A stretch of DNA of 64,000 nt, taken from NCBI RefSeq assembly GCF_964213995.1, contig NC_135807.1:87730001-87794000 (forward strand). The letters are read 5' to 3'. Shown piece by piece: positions 62,515 through 64,000 of the stretch; position 1 is the stretch's first letter; the number at the start of each line of letters is the position of its first letter. The notes below the pieces were generated by a model, which ran no database searches, was not told the origin of the DNA, and worked only from the letters and a program-made list of their open reading frames with translations. The position numbers were made by a program, and so were the translations under genes. The stretch comes from Mustelus asterias. Lineage: Eukaryota.

Positions 62515-63340
62515 CAGCACATCTGCTGTGGATAAAGGGGAACCAGTAGATGTAATGTACTTAGATTTCCAAAGGGAATTTGAAAAGGTGCTGCGTCAAA
62601 GGTTATTGTGGGGAAAAAATGCTCATGGTGTAGGGGGCAACATATTGGCATGGTTGAAGATTGACTGGCTAACAGGAAATGGAGAGTTGGCATAAATGGA
62701 TCTTTATCTGGTTGGCAGGATGTGATGCGTGGTGTGCCACACAGCGATCAATGCTGGTGCCTGAACTTTTTACAATTTATATAAATGACTTAGATGAAGG
62801 GATTGAAGATATGATTACTAAATTTGGTGATAACACAAAGATAAATTGGAAAGTAAACTGTGAAGGGGATGTAAGGAGGCTACAAAGGAATATAGATAGG
62901 TTAAGTGAGTGGGCAAAGATCTGGCAATGGGATATAATGTGGGCAAATATGAAGTTCCCTATTTTGGGAGGAAGAATAAAAAAGAAGCTTATTATCTAAA
63001 TGATGAGAGAATACAGAGCTCTAGGGTGCAGAGGGATCTAGGTGTCCTGGTGCATGAATCACAAACGGCTAGTATACAGGTACCGCAATTGATTAGAAAG
63101 GTGAATAGAATGTTTTCTTGGTGAGGAGAATTAATGGCAAAAGTGAGGAGGTTATGCTTCCGTTGTACAGGGCATTGGTGAGACCACATCAGGAGTATTT
63201 TGTACAGTCCTGATCTCCTTATCTAAGGAAATATGTGAATGCATTGGAAACAGTTCAAAGAAGGTTTATAGATTAATACCAGAAATGGGTGGATTGTTCT
63301 ATGAGGAAAGGTTGGAGAGGTTAGGTTTGTATCCACTAGA
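62515..63340 (+). mobile_element. Degenerate CR1 LINE RT fragment
   Basis: AVDKGEPVDVMYLDFQREFEKV and FTIYINDLDEG...KFGDNTK, with frameshifts. Confidence 0.82.
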
Positions 63341-64000
63341 GCAGTGTTTTTTCCGGTGACCCACTTTTACCCAATGGCCATCCCTGGTGACCCACACCAC
63401 ATTCACTTACTACTTAATGTGATGGGTGAGCCTGTTTGCTCCTCACTTTTATGCATTTAAAATTAATATAATTGATCTTCCTCACTTCCGACTGTAAATT
63501 GCGTACAGTTCTGGCATACTTAAAACCAAGAAGTTGTGTGTTTCACTTACCATCAAACAGTTTTACATCCCCGACATTGAAATCGCTATCTGGTGTTCTT
63601 GGTTAGAAGACGAGAAATTAATTAACAAGAAATTGGTTTTATTCAATCGGACGTTTCCATCACGAACCCGAGATTTAACTCTGGGCTGCAAACAACCAAA
63701 AGGCTGCTTAATCAATCTGAGGATTTGACATCCCATCTAGCATCCCAACGACCGAAAGACATTCACTGAGCTGCTCATGCTGTACCAACATAGATCTGTG
63801 AATTCAGCTTTAAACAAACACGATAAATCTTGGCTGGGATTCTCCGCAAAAAATTCTAAAGTGCCGAATTTGCGTAAAAACTGGAGTAACTCCCATGGAT
63901 TTTTTTGCTTCCTCCTCCTTCGGGGTGCTTTTTGGCCCCTAGGTTACTCCATGGCATGGGGGGTAGCTGCTGTGATCTCCAGAAGCCTCAATGTCACCTG

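Overview
Eukaryotic, repeat-dense DNA that looks like a shark (elasmobranch) genome, judged from abundant HE1-type tRNA SINEs, their partner CR1/HER1-type LINEs and Penelope-like elements. Most of the supplied ORF track is spurious. Reading splice sites by hand gives one + strand host gene of five small coding exons (979-994, 37777-37881, 44270-44414, 52672-52789, 53804-53944). They splice in frame to a 174-aa protein with a signal peptide, a basic propeptide and a circularly permuted papain-like His...His...Asn-Cys core (LRAT/PLAAT/PPPDE-like). Exon 1 is the least certain. The introns hold a nearly intact 4.7-kb Gypsy LTR retrotransposon with no tRNA primer-binding site but a 14-nt complement to its own LTR, Penelope-like elements carrying minimal hammerhead ribozyme motifs, fold-back mini-Penelope palindromes, two three-level nested insertions, and CR1, L2, RTE, Rex1/Babar, Harbinger and hAT relics. 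All calls were made by eye; no database searches were run.
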